A stretch of 64,000 nucleotides of DNA from Brevibacillus humidisoli (GCF_020923435.1 NZ_CP087263.1:885970-949969), one strand, 5' to 3'; shown: positions 9,967-19,979, counted from the first letter of the stretch. Notes: generated by a model from the letters alone, not told the origin. Made by a program: numbers and translations.

Positions 9967-10113
9967 ATGGATCACATCGCGGTAAATCGATTCCATTGAC
10001 TGCAAAGGACTTGCATGTCCGATGCCAATCGTCTGTAGCAAAAAGGCCATGGACCAAGGCTGGAGAAGTCTTGGAAGTAGTCGCGACCGACCGGAAACAC
10101 AATCAGAATAGAA
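9967..10113 (+). pseudogene. TusA-like sulfurtransferase remnant, split over three reading frames
   Basis: RBS AAGGAGGAG then ATG 9967 gives MDHIAVNRFH-stop. Frame +2 carries the TusA active-site motif KGLACPMPIV (10004-10033). A third frame carries GEVLEVVATDR. No single frame encodes a TusA. An intact TusA paralog lies at 11284. Confidence 0.5.
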
Positions 10114-10125
10114 GGGGTGAGCAAC

Positions 10126-11250
10126 ATGGCAGCAACAGCCATCAACGCAAAAGAACTTCATCAGAAAATGGAGCAGGGAGTGGTGATTCTGGATGTACGG
10201 AACCCTGATGATTACCAGGAGTGGAAAATAGAAGGGGAACATCTAACCTCACTCAACATCCCGTACTTTACCTTTCTGGATGATAATGAAGCGGTTTTCG
10301 ACCCGCTTCCCCAAAGTGAAGAAATCGTCGTCATCTGTGCCAAAGGGAGAAGCGCTCAGATGGTTGCAAATATCCTAGATGAGAAGGGATACAACGTAAG
10401 TTACCTGGAGAAAGGGATGCGGGAGTGGAGTCAGTTCTATCATCCGGTGACTGTCGTATCAGAAGAGCAGTTCACAATCATTCAAGTCAATCGGTTGGCA
10501 AAAGGCTGCCTATCCTATCTGGTGATCTCTGAGGGGCAAGCACTTGTCGTCGATCCCAATCGACATGTTGACGAGTATCTTCGCCTGGCAGAACAGGAAA
10601 ATGCGAGCATCGCTCATGTTATCGACACTCACCTGCACGCTGACCATATTTCAGGTGGGTCCGAACTAGCGGAAAAGACGGGGGCCACCTATTACATTGC
10701 CTCCAGCGAGATGCAGGATTCCTCCCTGCGTTATGAACCGTTGGAACAGCACAAAAATCTACAATATGGTGCCGTGCAGCTGCAGGTCATTGCCATTCCG
10801 ACACCTGGACACACACCGGGGAGTGTGTCGGTGCTTGTGAATGACAAATACCTTCTCTCCGGCGACACCGTTTTTGTTGGTGGTCTCGGGCGACCAGACC
10901 TTGGCGGTAAAGCGAGAGAATGGGCACAATCTCTCTACGATACGGTATTCAAAACGATTGCCCCGCTTTCAGACGAGGTATTGGTATTGCCGGCCCACTA
11001 CGCCGACATCAAGGAAATCAACGAGGGCGGCTGCGTGAGTGCCCGTCTCGGGGAGATCCGCAAAAGGAACGAAATCATGCGTACCGAAAACCGCGAGCAG
11101 TTCACGGAATTAGTCGCGGACACAGCAGGAGCAACGCCACCAAACTATGAGGAAATAGTGCAGATCAATAGGGGGATTGTTCACGTATCGCCGGACAAAG
11201 CAACAGAACTGGAATTTGGACCAAATCGCTGCGCTATCCATCATGGGTAA
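10126..11250 (+). CDS. rhodanese domain fused to an MBL-fold persulfide dioxygenase (CstB/YrkH-like)
   Basis: N-terminal rhodanese with active-site loop CAKGRS. C-terminal metallo-beta-lactamase fold with HxHxDH (THLHADHISGG) and downstream His/Asp ligands. An alternative GTG start lies at 10117. Confidence 0.85.
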   Translation: MAATAINAKELHQKMEQGVVILDVRNPDDYQEWKIEGEHLTSLNIPYFTFLDDNEAVFDPLPQSEEIVVICAKGRSAQMVANILDEKGYNVSYLEKGMREWSQFYHPVTVVSEEQFTIIQVNRLAKGCLSYLVISEGQALVVDPNRHVDEYLRLAEQENASIAHVIDTHLHADHISGGSELAEKTGATYYIASSEMQDSSLRYEPLEQHKNLQYGAVQLQVIAIPTPGHTPGSVSVLVNDKYLLSGDTVFVGGLGRPDLGGKAREWAQSLYDTVFKTIAPLSDEVLVLPAHYADIKEINEGGCVSARLGEIRKRNEIMRTENREQFTELVADTAGATPPNYEEIVQINRGIVHVSPDKATELEFGPNRCAIHHG

Positions 11251-11283
11251 ATCAACCCGTCATAGATAAGTCAAGGAGGTAAA

Positions 11284-11517
11284 GTGAAAATGAAAGCAGA
11301 TATTGTTGTTGATGCAAAGGGATTGTCCTGCCCGATGCCGATCGTTCGGGCCAAAAAAGCGATGGACGGACTGCAACGTGGTCAGATCATGGAACTAGAA
11401 ACGACAGATAAGGGCGCCTTGAACGATTTTCAGGCATGGGCCCGACAAAATCATCATGAGCTTCTAAAAGCAGAGGAGGACAACGGTGTGATCCGGTTCT
11501 TGGTGAAGAAAGGGTAA
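11284..11517 (+). CDS. tusA: TusA family sulfurtransferase
   Basis: 77 aa with the CPxP active site (DAKGLSCPMPIVRAKKAM). RBS AAGGAGG. Confidence 0.8.
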   Translation: MKMKADIVVDAKGLSCPMPIVRAKKAMDGLQRGQIMELETTDKGALNDFQAWARQNHHELLKAEEDNGVIRFLVKKG

Positions 11518-11566
11518 GCAAGCCGAAAACAAGGCATCGTTCGTACCAACAACCACATTGATGTTC

Positions 11567-11600
11567 CAAAACCCTTGAGAAATCAGGGGTTTTTGTTTTT
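11567..11600 (+). terminator. rho-independent terminator after the sulfur operon
   Basis: AAAACCCT-tgagaaatc-AGGGGTTTT followed by TGTTTTT. Confidence 0.65.
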
Positions 11601-11611
11601 CCTCACACAAA

Positions 11612-11627
11612 CGTGATAAAAATCACG
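11612..11627 (+). promoter_or_regulatory. Fnr/Crp-type box CGTGA-N6-TCACG upstream of hemEHY, with a -10 TATCAT at 11649-11654
   Basis: Perfect GTGA-N6-TCAC core in the palindrome CGTGATAAAAATCACG. The -10 hexamer lies about 30 nt downstream of the box centre, the class II geometry. Confidence 0.4.
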
Positions 11628-11760
11628 GCAGCAATAGGATGAAAAAACTATCATTACAAACAAAACCATCGCTCTTCCATAGTGGAGTAGCCTTTCCGTC
11701 CTATTTGCTCACTGGAGGGCATGGTTACTCCACTCCAGGCATAAAAAGGAGGAAAAAACG

Positions 11761-12824
11761 ATGAAGTACAACGACAACTTTCTAAGAAGCTGTAGAAAAG
11801 AAGAAGTGGACACGATTCCGGTTTGGTACATGCGCCAGGCGGGCAGATATGACCCGGACTATCGCCGAATCAAGGAGAAGTACTCGCTATTGGAAATATG
11901 CGCGATACCGGAACTGGCTGCGGAAGTGACGATGATGCCGGTGAAAAAGCTAGGGGTAGACGCTGCCATCCTATACTCGGATATTATGAATCCTGTTGCA
12001 TCGATCGGGATTGACTTTGATATCGTCAAAAACGTTGGCCCGGTTATCCACAATCCAATCCGATCAGCCCGGGACGTGGAGCAGTTGCGTCCTATCGATG
12101 TGGAAGGGGATTTACCGCATGTTTTACAGACCATCCAGATCCTTGAGCGTGAACTAGCTGTGCCGCTCATTTCGTTTGTAGGTGCGCCGTTTACGATTGC
12201 CAGCTACCTGATCGAAGGCAAGTCTTCCAAGAAGTATGTAAAAACAAAAGCGCTGATGTACAATGAGCCAGAGCTTTGGGGTTCGCTGATGGACATATTG
12301 ACGAACATGGCTGTCACCTACATTCGAGCGCAAATGGGCGCGGGGGCAAAAGCGGTGCAGGTGTTTGACAGTTGGGTAGGGGCGCTCTCCCCCGGGGCTT
12401 CCGGAAGTATGTCCTGCCTTCACTCAAACGCATTTTCTCGGAACTGGCTGATCTTCCTCAGCCAAAGATCTATTATCCAGGTGTAAGTTCTGGTGAACTG
12501 CTATGCGAATTGAGAGAAATAGAAGCGGACGTGATCGGATTGGACTGGCGGGTATCGATCCGCGAAGGACGACAACGGGTTGGGGAACGATTCGTCATAC
12601 AGGGCAATCTCGATCCGACGGTGCTAACCGCACCCATACCAGTTATTCAACATTACGCCAGGCAGATCGTGGATCAGGGAGTCGAAAAACCAGGGTACAT
12701 ATTTAATCTCGGCCACGGCGTCTTTCCGGAAGCATCACTGGATCATTTAAAAGCTTTGACGGAATATGTGCACAACTATCCTGCAGCGGTGCTGCGAGAC
12801 ATGTCGGCAGGAAGGGGAGCCTGA
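11761..12824 (+). CDS. hemE: uroporphyrinogen decarboxylase HemE, frame broken by a 1-nt indel in the C5G4 run near 12393
   Basis: ORF 11761..12486 has the HemE N-terminus (PVWYMRQAGRY...) through QVFDSWVGALSP. ORF 12372..12824 continues FRKYVLPSLKRIF... in another frame. Adding one G in cccccgggg restores ALSPGGFRKY. Confidence 0.85.
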
Positions 12825-12828
12825 TCTG

Positions 12829-13764
12829 ATGTCCCACAATAGCGTCGGGGTTCTTGTTATGTCGTACGGTACGCCTGCCAGCCTGGATGATGTGAAGACG
12901 TATTATACACATATTCGCCGTGGGGTGCCGCCGACTCAGGAACAACTGGCAGCCTTGGTCTCTCGGTACGATTCGATAGCAGGAGGGTGTTTTCCCCTGC
13001 GAAAGAACACGGATGAACAGGCTGCTGCGCTGCAGTTGACACTGGATCGGGAGTATTCGTTCTCCGAATACGTCTGTTTTCAAGGTCTGAAGCATGCCCC
13101 TCCTTTTATCGAAGAAGGAGTGGAACAGATAGCGGCAGCCGGAATACGCAAGGCCGTAGGAATTGTGCTGGCGCCTCATTATTCCGCCTTGAGCGTTGGA
13201 GCCTACATCGAACGGGCCAGAAAGAAAGCGAAAGAACTTCACCTCGATATGCGCTTCGTCAAAAGCTACCACGATCATCACCTGCTGATCCAAGCGCTCG
13301 CGACTCGGGTGAGACGGGGGCTTGACCGTTTCCCCCTAGCAGACCACCCTCAGGTTCGCGTTATTTTTACTGATCACAGTCTCCCCGCAAGCATTCTGGA
13401 AAGAGGAGATCCATACCCTGAACAGTTGATGCAGACCTCCTGCCTGGTCGCTAAAATGTCGGGCGTCACCAATTGGCAATTCGCATGGCAGAGTGCGGGA
13501 CGGACCGATGTGCCGTGGCTAGGTCCCGACATTTTGGACGTGTTGGAAACGGTCTGCCGCCAGGAGAGGGTCAAGAACGTGCTAATCTGTCCGGTTGGAT
13601 TTGTTTCTGACCACTTGGAAGTGCTTTACGACATTGATATCGAATGCAGACAGTTGGCGGAGTCGTTTGGCATGCAGTTGGAACGGACGGAGATGCTGAA
13701 TGCAGACCCCGCTTACATGAAACTTTTGGCCGAAGTGGTTCACCGTGCGGCTGAAGAAGGATGA
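12829..13764 (+). CDS. hemH: ferrochelatase (coproporphyrin ferrochelatase HemH/CpfC)
   Basis: 311 aa. Ferrochelatase signature (GVLVMSYGTP...VNWQFAWQSAG...DHLEVLYDIDIE). Start ATG 12829 lies 5 nt after the hemE stop; the ORF track's upstream extension is not supported. Confidence 0.85.
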   Translation: MSHNSVGVLVMSYGTPASLDDVKTYYTHIRRGVPPTQEQLAALVSRYDSIAGGCFPLRKNTDEQAAALQLTLDREYSFSEYVCFQGLKHAPPFIEEGVEQIAAAGIRKAVGIVLAPHYSALSVGAYIERARKKAKELHLDMRFVKSYHDHHLLIQALATRVRRGLDRFPLADHPQVRVIFTDHSLPASILERGDPYPEQLMQTSCLVAKMSGVTNWQFAWQSAGRTDVPWLGPDILDVLETVCRQERVKNVLICPVGFVSDHLEVLYDIDIECRQLAESFGMQLERTEMLNADPAYMKLLAEVVHRAAEEG

Positions 13765-13771
13765 TGCGAAG

Positions 13772-15238
13772 ATGAGTGAGTCGGGCAAGCGCGTGCTGAT
13801 TGCTGGTGGCGGGATCACCTGCTTGAGCGCTGCTTATGAGCTGAAAAAGCGGTTTACCGAACGAGGAGAGCAAGTTCGAATTACCCTCGTTGAACAGGAG
13901 GATCGGTTTGGAGGAAAAATCGCCACGCTGCGGAAAGATGGGTTTGTCATCGAAAGCGGGCCAGATTCTTTTTTAGCCAGAAAAAAGGCGATCCTGGACG
14001 TCACAAAAGAGCTGGGACTGGAGTCGGAACTTATCGCGACCAGACCGGAAGCGAAAAAAACCTATATCTTCCGAAAGCAAAAGCTTTGTCCCATTCCCCC
14101 GGGATTGGTGATGGGCATCCCCAGCCGGCTGCTCCCCTTTCTTACGTCCGGCCTGATCTCACCATTTGGAAAAGCGAGAGCAGCCATGGACCTGATCCTG
14201 CCATGCAGACAGGCGGACGGAGATGAATCAATCGGCCAATTCATTGAACGGAGATTCGGGAGAGAGATGCTGGATCGAGTCGTCCAGCCGCTTCTGGCGG
14301 GTATCTATTCTGGAGATTGTCGGACATTAAGCCTTCAGGCCACATTTCCCCATTTGCAGGAGATAGAGAGAAAACACCGAAGTCTGATCCTTGGAATCAT
14401 GAAAGGCGTAGGGCAAGCGTACACTGCTACATCACCCTCCAGTTCTTCAACCGGGCTGCCTGAACATGTCAAGGGCAGTCTGTTTCTCTCCTACCGAAAT
14501 GGGCTGTATACAATTGTAGAGAAGCTGTTGGAGCAGTTAAGCGATGCGGAACAGGTGACAGGCGCAAAAATTGTGAAGCTTGAGGTGAGACAGGAGGAGG
14601 GAAGGATCTGGTACCGCACGATCTCCTCGAACGGCAGGGAGTTTGCCGCGGACGCCGTCATTCTGGCATTGCCAGCTTACGCGTTGGCGCATGTTTTCCC
14701 CCGTCTTGCATCGATCCGATCACTTGGGAGGATGCCGTACGTCTCCGTAGCCAATGTGGTGCTGGGATTTAAGCGAGAGCAGATCGTGCATCCTTTGGAC
14801 GGCTCGGGTTTTGTCATCCCTCCTTGTGAGGGAAGGTTCGTCACCGCTTGTACGTGGACATCGTCGAAATGGAGCCATACGTCACGTGAGGGGCACGTGC
14901 TGCTTCGCTGCTATGTAGGACGTACGGGAGATGAAGAATGGATGGGGATGGATGATGATGAGATCATAGAAAGTGTCATGCACGAGTTGTCGGAAACGAT
15001 AGGGGTCCGGGCTCAGCCGATTATTGCAGAAGTAAATCGTCACCTGAAAGCGATGCCGCAGTACGAAGTAGGTCACTTAGCGCGAGTTGCCCGTATTCAT
15101 GAAGTATTGTCCGAACGGTACCCTGGGGTGTTTGCCGCCGGGGCGGCTTTCCACGGCATTGGCTTGCCTGATTGTGTACGTCAGGGAAAAGAAGCGGCAG
15201 AGCAGGTGATGAACTACCTGCTATACTCTGACAAGTAA
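13772..15238 (+). CDS. hemY: protoporphyrinogen/coproporphyrinogen III oxidase HemY (FAD-dependent)
   Basis: N-terminal FAD dinucleotide-binding motif VLIAGGGITCLSAAYEL. The hemE-hemH-hemY gene order matches Bacillus. Start ATG 13772 just after the hemH stop. Confidence 0.85.
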   Translation: MSESGKRVLIAGGGITCLSAAYELKKRFTERGEQVRITLVEQEDRFGGKIATLRKDGFVIESGPDSFLARKKAILDVTKELGLESELIATRPEAKKTYIFRKQKLCPIPPGLVMGIPSRLLPFLTSGLISPFGKARAAMDLILPCRQADGDESIGQFIERRFGREMLDRVVQPLLAGIYSGDCRTLSLQATFPHLQEIERKHRSLILGIMKGVGQAYTATSPSSSSTGLPEHVKGSLFLSYRNGLYTIVEKLLEQLSDAEQVTGAKIVKLEVRQEEGRIWYRTISSNGREFAADAVILALPAYALAHVFPRLASIRSLGRMPYVSVANVVLGFKREQIVHPLDGSGFVIPPCEGRFVTACTWTSSKWSHTSREGHVLLRCYVGRTGDEEWMGMDDDEIIESVMHELSETIGVRAQPIIAEVNRHLKAMPQYEVGHLARVARIHEVLSERYPGVFAAGAAFHGIGLPDCVRQGKEAAEQVMNYLLYSDK

Positions 15239-15248
15239 GGAGGGTTCG

Positions 15249-15971
15249 ATGAAAAAAGGATATCTCCCTAACCAACATGGTGCCTGGGCGATGCTGATCA
15301 TTCCGTTCCTATTCGGCATGATCGCAGCAAAGCCTGTTTGGCTTCATGCACCGCTGTTTCTTGTCTGGCTGCTGGTATACCTGTTTTCATATCCGTTCCT
15401 TCAGTGGATCAGAACCGGTAGGACAGCGCTCTACGGGACGCCCATGCTATTGTACGGAAGTTTGCTAATACCGAGTGGAGTGGCCGTGCTCGTTATCCAT
15501 CCAGCTTTGGGCTGGATGGTCCCCCTGTTCGTTCCACTCTTTCTAGTCAACTGCTATTATGCCCGGATCAATCAGGAACGTTCGCTGATCAATGATCTGG
15601 CTGCTGTCGTTCAGTTCAGTTTGATCATCTTTGTCGTGCAGCAGGCAGGAGGAGGAAGCAGTGGAGAAGTTGCCGCAGAGTTATTCGCGATAAGTCTCAT
15701 GTATTTTACGGGAACGGTTTTTTATGTAAAAACAATCATTCGCGAAAAACACAATAAGAAGTACTATTTTTACTCTATCGGTTATCACCTCGCTATCCTG
15801 GTCATGACGGCGATCTGGTTTCCGCTCGGGCTGCTAATACCGTTCGCCGTTTTGCTCGGTCGGGCGATCTGGACTCCACGAATGCGAGTAACGGTTAAGC
15901 AGGTCGGGATACTGGAGATTCTGTTCTCTGTTCTAATCACCTGTTCCGTGCTGTATGTCTACCTGACATAG
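15249..15971 (+). CDS. YwiC-like family membrane protein
   Basis: 240 aa, about 7 TM segments. N-terminus LPNQHGAWAMLIIPFLFGMIAA matches my recollection of the YwiC-like family, which in B. subtilis sits at the nar/arfM locus. RBS GGAGGG. Confidence 0.45.
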   Translation: MKKGYLPNQHGAWAMLIIPFLFGMIAAKPVWLHAPLFLVWLLVYLFSYPFLQWIRTGRTALYGTPMLLYGSLLIPSGVAVLVIHPALGWMVPLFVPLFLVNCYYARINQERSLINDLAAVVQFSLIIFVVQQAGGGSSGEVAAELFAISLMYFTGTVFYVKTIIREKHNKKYYFYSIGYHLAILVMTAIWFPLGLLIPFAVLLGRAIWTPRMRVTVKQVGILEILFSVLITCSVLYVYLT

Positions 15972-16052
15972 GAGAGGGGAACACAGGGGAACTCGGTTGG
16001 ATTTTTGGTTTGGTCACAGTTTTTTCGCAATTAACTTTTCATTTTTCTGGTT

Positions 16053-16068
16053 TGTGAGGGGCATCACT
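16053..16068 (+). promoter_or_regulatory. Fnr/Crp box TGTGA-N6-TCACT upstream of the qNOR gene, with a -10-like TATCGT at 16090-16095
   Basis: TGTGAGGGGCATCACT, a 9/10 match to TGTGA-N6-TCACA. Class II spacing to the -10-like hexamer. Confidence 0.45.
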
Positions 16069-16137
16069 TTATCCGTTTTGGTGGCGATGTATCGTTTACT
16101 TGCCTAATACAAACCAAACGGAAAGGAAGTAGATGAC

Positions 16138-18499
16138 ATGGCTGCCGAACCATCGAAGGGTTATATGCTGCAACCCGAACGAAGAACCCAACCGGGGCCC
16201 CAAAATGCTCTGCTCAAATCAGTACTGGTCTTTGTGCTGATTGCCAGCTTCTCTGTTTTGCTGCTGGGCGGTTACTGGATCTTCAAAGACCAAGCGCCGC
16301 GTCCCGAGAAGGTTGTCAGCGCTGCCGGAGATGTCCTCTTTACAAAAGAGCGCCTGATAGGAGGTCAGGCCGTTTTCCAAAAATACGGTCTGATGGATTA
16401 CGGCACCGTACTGGGACATGGTTCGTATCTCGGTCCCGATTACACGGCAGAAGCTTTGAAGGTGTATGTAGACGGCATGCACGCCTACTACGCACAAAAA
16501 GAGTACGCGATGCCGTTTGACCACCTGACGAGCGAGCAGCAAAACAAGATCAAGCAAGCAGTGATTGCGGAGATCAAGCAGAACCGTTATGACCCGAGTT
16601 CACAAACGTTGTATCTAACCGAGGCACAGGTCTCTGGACTGGATGATGTGCGAAAGTTCTATCGCCAGGTGTTTACAGCAGGGGACGGACACGGAATCCT
16701 GCCCGGTCTGATCAAGGAATCCGATGTCCCGGAAAACGGACGCCAGTACGTGGCTGAAGGCGATCAGATCACGCAAATCGCCGACTTTTTGGACCGCCTG
16801 GCTGTCCAGTACGTATCGGCCTGGTGAAGATATCACCTATACCAACAACTGGCCCTATTTCGAGGAGGCTGGAAACACGATGTCCTACTCTGCTTTGTGG
16901 TGGAGCGGGGCAAGTGCAACCCTGCTGATCTTGTTCATCGGCATCACTTTGTACATCCACCACGGCTACCGTTTTGACATGGAAGAGGCGTACCAGCCGG
17001 GCCATTTCCCCGTCATCAATCTGAAATTACTGCCGGTCACGCCGTCCCAGAGGAAAACGGGAAAATACTTCACAGTGGTCATCCTGCTGTTCTTAGTTCA
17101 GTCCTTGCTCGGCGGGCTATTGGCTCACTACTACCTGGAGCCAGATACGTTCTTCGGCGCGGATTGGGTAGCGGAGTGGTTCCCCTTCAGCATCGCCAAA
17201 TCGTATCACCTGCAGTTGGCGATCTTCTGGATCGCAACGGCCTGGTTGGGCATGGGCATCTACGTTGCTCCGCTGGTTGGAGGACGAGAACCAAAAAAAC
17301 AAGGGCTGCTTGTCGACATGTTGTTCTGGGCACTGGTCGTGCTTGTCGCTGGCAGTACGATTGGCGAGTGGTTGGGCATCAACGGCTATCTCGCAAACGC
17401 CTGGTTCTTGTTTGGCCACCAGGGTTGGGAATACCTGGAGTTGGGCCGCATCTGGCAGGTGGTACTCGCAATCGGCATGCTGATCTGGCTGTTCATCGTA
17501 TATCGGGGATTAAAGGACGGGCTCAAACAAGAGTCAGATAAAGGTGGTCTGATCCACCTGCTGTTTTACTCGGCAATCGCCGTGCCGTTTTTCTATCTGT
17601 TCGCGTTCCTGATCAATCCCGGAACACACTTCACGTTTGCCGATTACTGGCGTTGGTGGATTATTCACTTGTGGGTTGAGGGAATCTTTGAAGTATTTGC
17701 GGTTGTCGTAATCGGGTTTTTAATGGTGCAAATGGGTCTGACAACCAAAAAATCAACGGTTCGTGCCCTCTATTTTCAGCTCATCCTGCTGCTCGGTTCC
17801 GGGGTTATCGGGATTGGACACCACTACTACTACAACGGATCGTCCGAGGCCTGGATCGGATTGGGTGCGGTCTTTTCCGCTCTCGAAGTCATCCCGCTTA
17901 CATTGCTCATCCTAGAAGCGTACGGCCAGTATAAAATGTTGACGGATGGAGGGGAGATTTTCCCCTACAAAGCACCATTCTGGTTTCTTATTTCTGTTGC
18001 GATTTGGAACTTGGTTGGCGCGGGCGTGCTGGGCTTCCTGATCAACTTGCCGGCTGTCGCCTATTTTGAGCACGGCACAACCTTGACCCCGGCTCACGGA
18101 CACGGGGCCATGATGGGCGTATATGGCATGTTTGCCATTGCCGTACTCTTGTTCTCCTTGCGAAACATCGTCCAACCGGAAAAATGGAACGACAAACTGT
18201 TGAAAGTCTCCTGCTGGGGATTAAACATCGGGCTGGCCGGCATGATTCTCGTTACCCTGCTGCCGGTGGGCATGGAACAACTAAAAGTTGCTTATGAACA
18301 TGGCTTTTGGGCAGCACGTTCTGCAGACTTTTATCAGATCCCGCTTGTGAACATGCTGCTCTGGTGGCGTCTCGTGCCCGATTCCATCTTTATCGTGTTC
18401 GGTGTATTTCCGCTGACGTGGTTTGCCGTGAAGTCGCTGCTCCACCTGAGAAAACCGACGGTATCGGAAAACCCGATTGCTCCGTTCATACCAGTTTGA
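16138..18499 (+). CDS. norZ: quinol-dependent nitric oxide reductase large subunit (qNOR, NorZ/NorB), frame broken by a 1-nt indel near 16810
   Basis: ORF 16138..16827 is the N-terminal hydrophilic extension typical of qNOR. ORF 16724..18499 is the 12-TM heme-copper-oxidase-type domain with His ligand clusters (HHGYRF..., WIIHLWVEG, GIGHHYYYNG, PAHGHGAMMG). Removing one G of cgg near 16810 joins them as ...YVSPGEDITY.... Confidence 0.85.
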
Positions 18500-19180
18500 A
18501 TGTCGTACAGGTGGGGGATGGCTTACTGCTAGATTCGACCCAACTCTTTTGGACATACTTCACATTTGAAGCCGTTTGCAAATAGTCCAAGTCGGTAATC
18601 ATCATGGTTCTGTCATCCATGATCGTAATTGCTCCCGCTTGTTTCAAACTCCTCAGCGTCCGATTTACGCTTTCACGAGCGCGTCCAGCGTAGTCGGCCA
18701 ATTGGGAATGCGTCAGTTTCAAAGGAATATGAATTCCCTGATCAGTAGCCAATCCGTATGTATTGGACAACCGGATCAGAGTGGAACAGAGGGCCCCCGG
18801 CTTGCCGTGCATCATCAGATCCCGAAATTTTGTTTGCGTCAATTTGTGCATGTATCCCATCCAAAGTATGAAATCAATCGCCAAACCTGGGTCCTGCTAT
18901 AACAGCACTTCCAGTCGCTGTTTGAGATCAGGCCGATCTTGCATGGTCCAATCGTTTGCGCGGAAAAGCCATGCACGGTATCGCGATAAGGGTCCAGTTG
19001 TCCAAAAAAATCTCCTGCATGGTAGAGCCGTCTCAAGAAGTATATAAATGCGTACGGCGTCGGAGTGTGACCTAACTCACTGCAGGAACAGGTGATGAAG
19101 GTGACCTGCATCACAGAGGATAGAAATGATACCCCATATACTTTAGATGGAAGCACACTATGAATAGAAAGGAAGGATGA
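18486..19180 (-). pseudogene. Crp/Fnr family regulator paralog disrupted by multiple frameshifts
   Basis: ORF 18486..18884 encodes only the dimerisation helix and HTH (WMGYMHKLTQTKFRDLMMHGKPGALCSTLIRLSNTYG...TDLDYLQ), about 77% identical to the intact paralog at 23122. The cNMP-domain segment (LYHAGDFFGQLDPYRDTVHGFSAQTIGPCKIGLI) lies in another frame within ORF 18839..19402. Further upstream fragments (DAGHLHHLF) sit in a third frame. Confidence 0.55.
19065..19114. promoter_or_regulatory. two Fnr/Crp boxes in the scdA / Crp-paralog divergent region
   Basis: TGTGACCTAACTCACT (19065-19080) and GGTGACCTGCATCACA (19099-19114). A -10 TATACT at 19136-19141 sits ahead of scdA. Confidence 0.45.
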
Positions 19181-19183
19181 GAA

Positions 19184-19897
19184 ATGGAGCAACGCTATTC
19201 TGGAGAAGAAAAGATTGGTCATATTGTCTCTGAGTTTCCAGGAGCAAGCAACTTGTTCAAAGAACTGAAGATTGACTTTTGTTGCGGAGGCAACCGCAGT
19301 TTGGGGGATGCAATCCGCCAAAGGAAACTGGATGAAGGGGATGTGTTGCGTCGATTGAACAAAAGCTTTGCAGAATGGAAACAGAAAGAGGCACATGACC
19401 AAACGGATTGGCGGGTAGCCCCCATCTCAGAATTGATTGACCACATCATCCATGTTCATCACGCTTACTTGCGAGTAGAGCTTCCTCTGTTAAGTGAATT
19501 CATTACGAAGCTGCTTCGGGTTCATGGTCTCACCCACGGCGAGCTTTCCACATTGCATAGACAATTCCATCAAATGAAAATCGAACTGGAGCAGCACCTG
19601 ATGATCGAAGAGGAGTCGCTCTTTCCGCTGATGAAGGAATATGCGACTCATCCATCTCGGGCACTGCTCGAGAGAACCCTGAAAGGACTGCGGGATGTAG
19701 AAAACGATCACAGCGCAGTGGGCGACTATCTGCAGGAGATGAGAGCTGCAACAGAAGGATATGCCTTGCCGCATGATGCATGCAGAACATACACGATCAC
19801 GTTTCACAAACTGGTGGAGCTGGAATCGGATTTGTTCCAGCATATTCATCTGGAGAACAATATTTTGTTCCCCCGGATTGAGGAACAAGCGGTGTGA
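19184..19897 (+). CDS. scdA: iron-sulfur cluster repair di-iron protein ScdA/RIC (YtfE family)
   Basis: N-terminal ScdA_N motif (DFCCGGNRSL) and hemerythrin-like HHE cation-binding domains (HHAYLRVELP, ENNILFP). RBS GGAAGGATGAG. Confidence 0.85.
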   Translation: MEQRYSGEEKIGHIVSEFPGASNLFKELKIDFCCGGNRSLGDAIRQRKLDEGDVLRRLNKSFAEWKQKEAHDQTDWRVAPISELIDHIIHVHHAYLRVELPLLSEFITKLLRVHGLTHGELSTLHRQFHQMKIELEQHLMIEEESLFPLMKEYATHPSRALLERTLKGLRDVENDHSAVGDYLQEMRAATEGYALPHDACRTYTITFHKLVELESDLFQHIHLENNILFPRIEEQAV

Positions 19898-19937
19898 CAG
19901 GGGGAATGGAAAGACGAGAAAAGCCGTTTGTTTGGCA

Positions 19938-19979
19938 GCCCCGTAACGGATTCCCAGTTTCGGGGCTTGCTTTTTATTT
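19938..19979. terminator. bidirectional terminator between scdA and the convergent crp-family gene
   Basis: GCCCCG-(17 nt)-CGGGGC followed by TTGCTTTTTATTTATTTT. Confidence 0.55.

Noticed and set aside
12703-13293. 196-aa ORF on the minus strand
   Set aside because: Entirely antisense to the well-supported hemH coding sequence. No RBS. Shadow ORF.
17117-17541. Overlapping 100-125 aa ORFs inside the qNOR gene
   Set aside because: Alternative-frame artefacts within a conserved membrane-protein gene.
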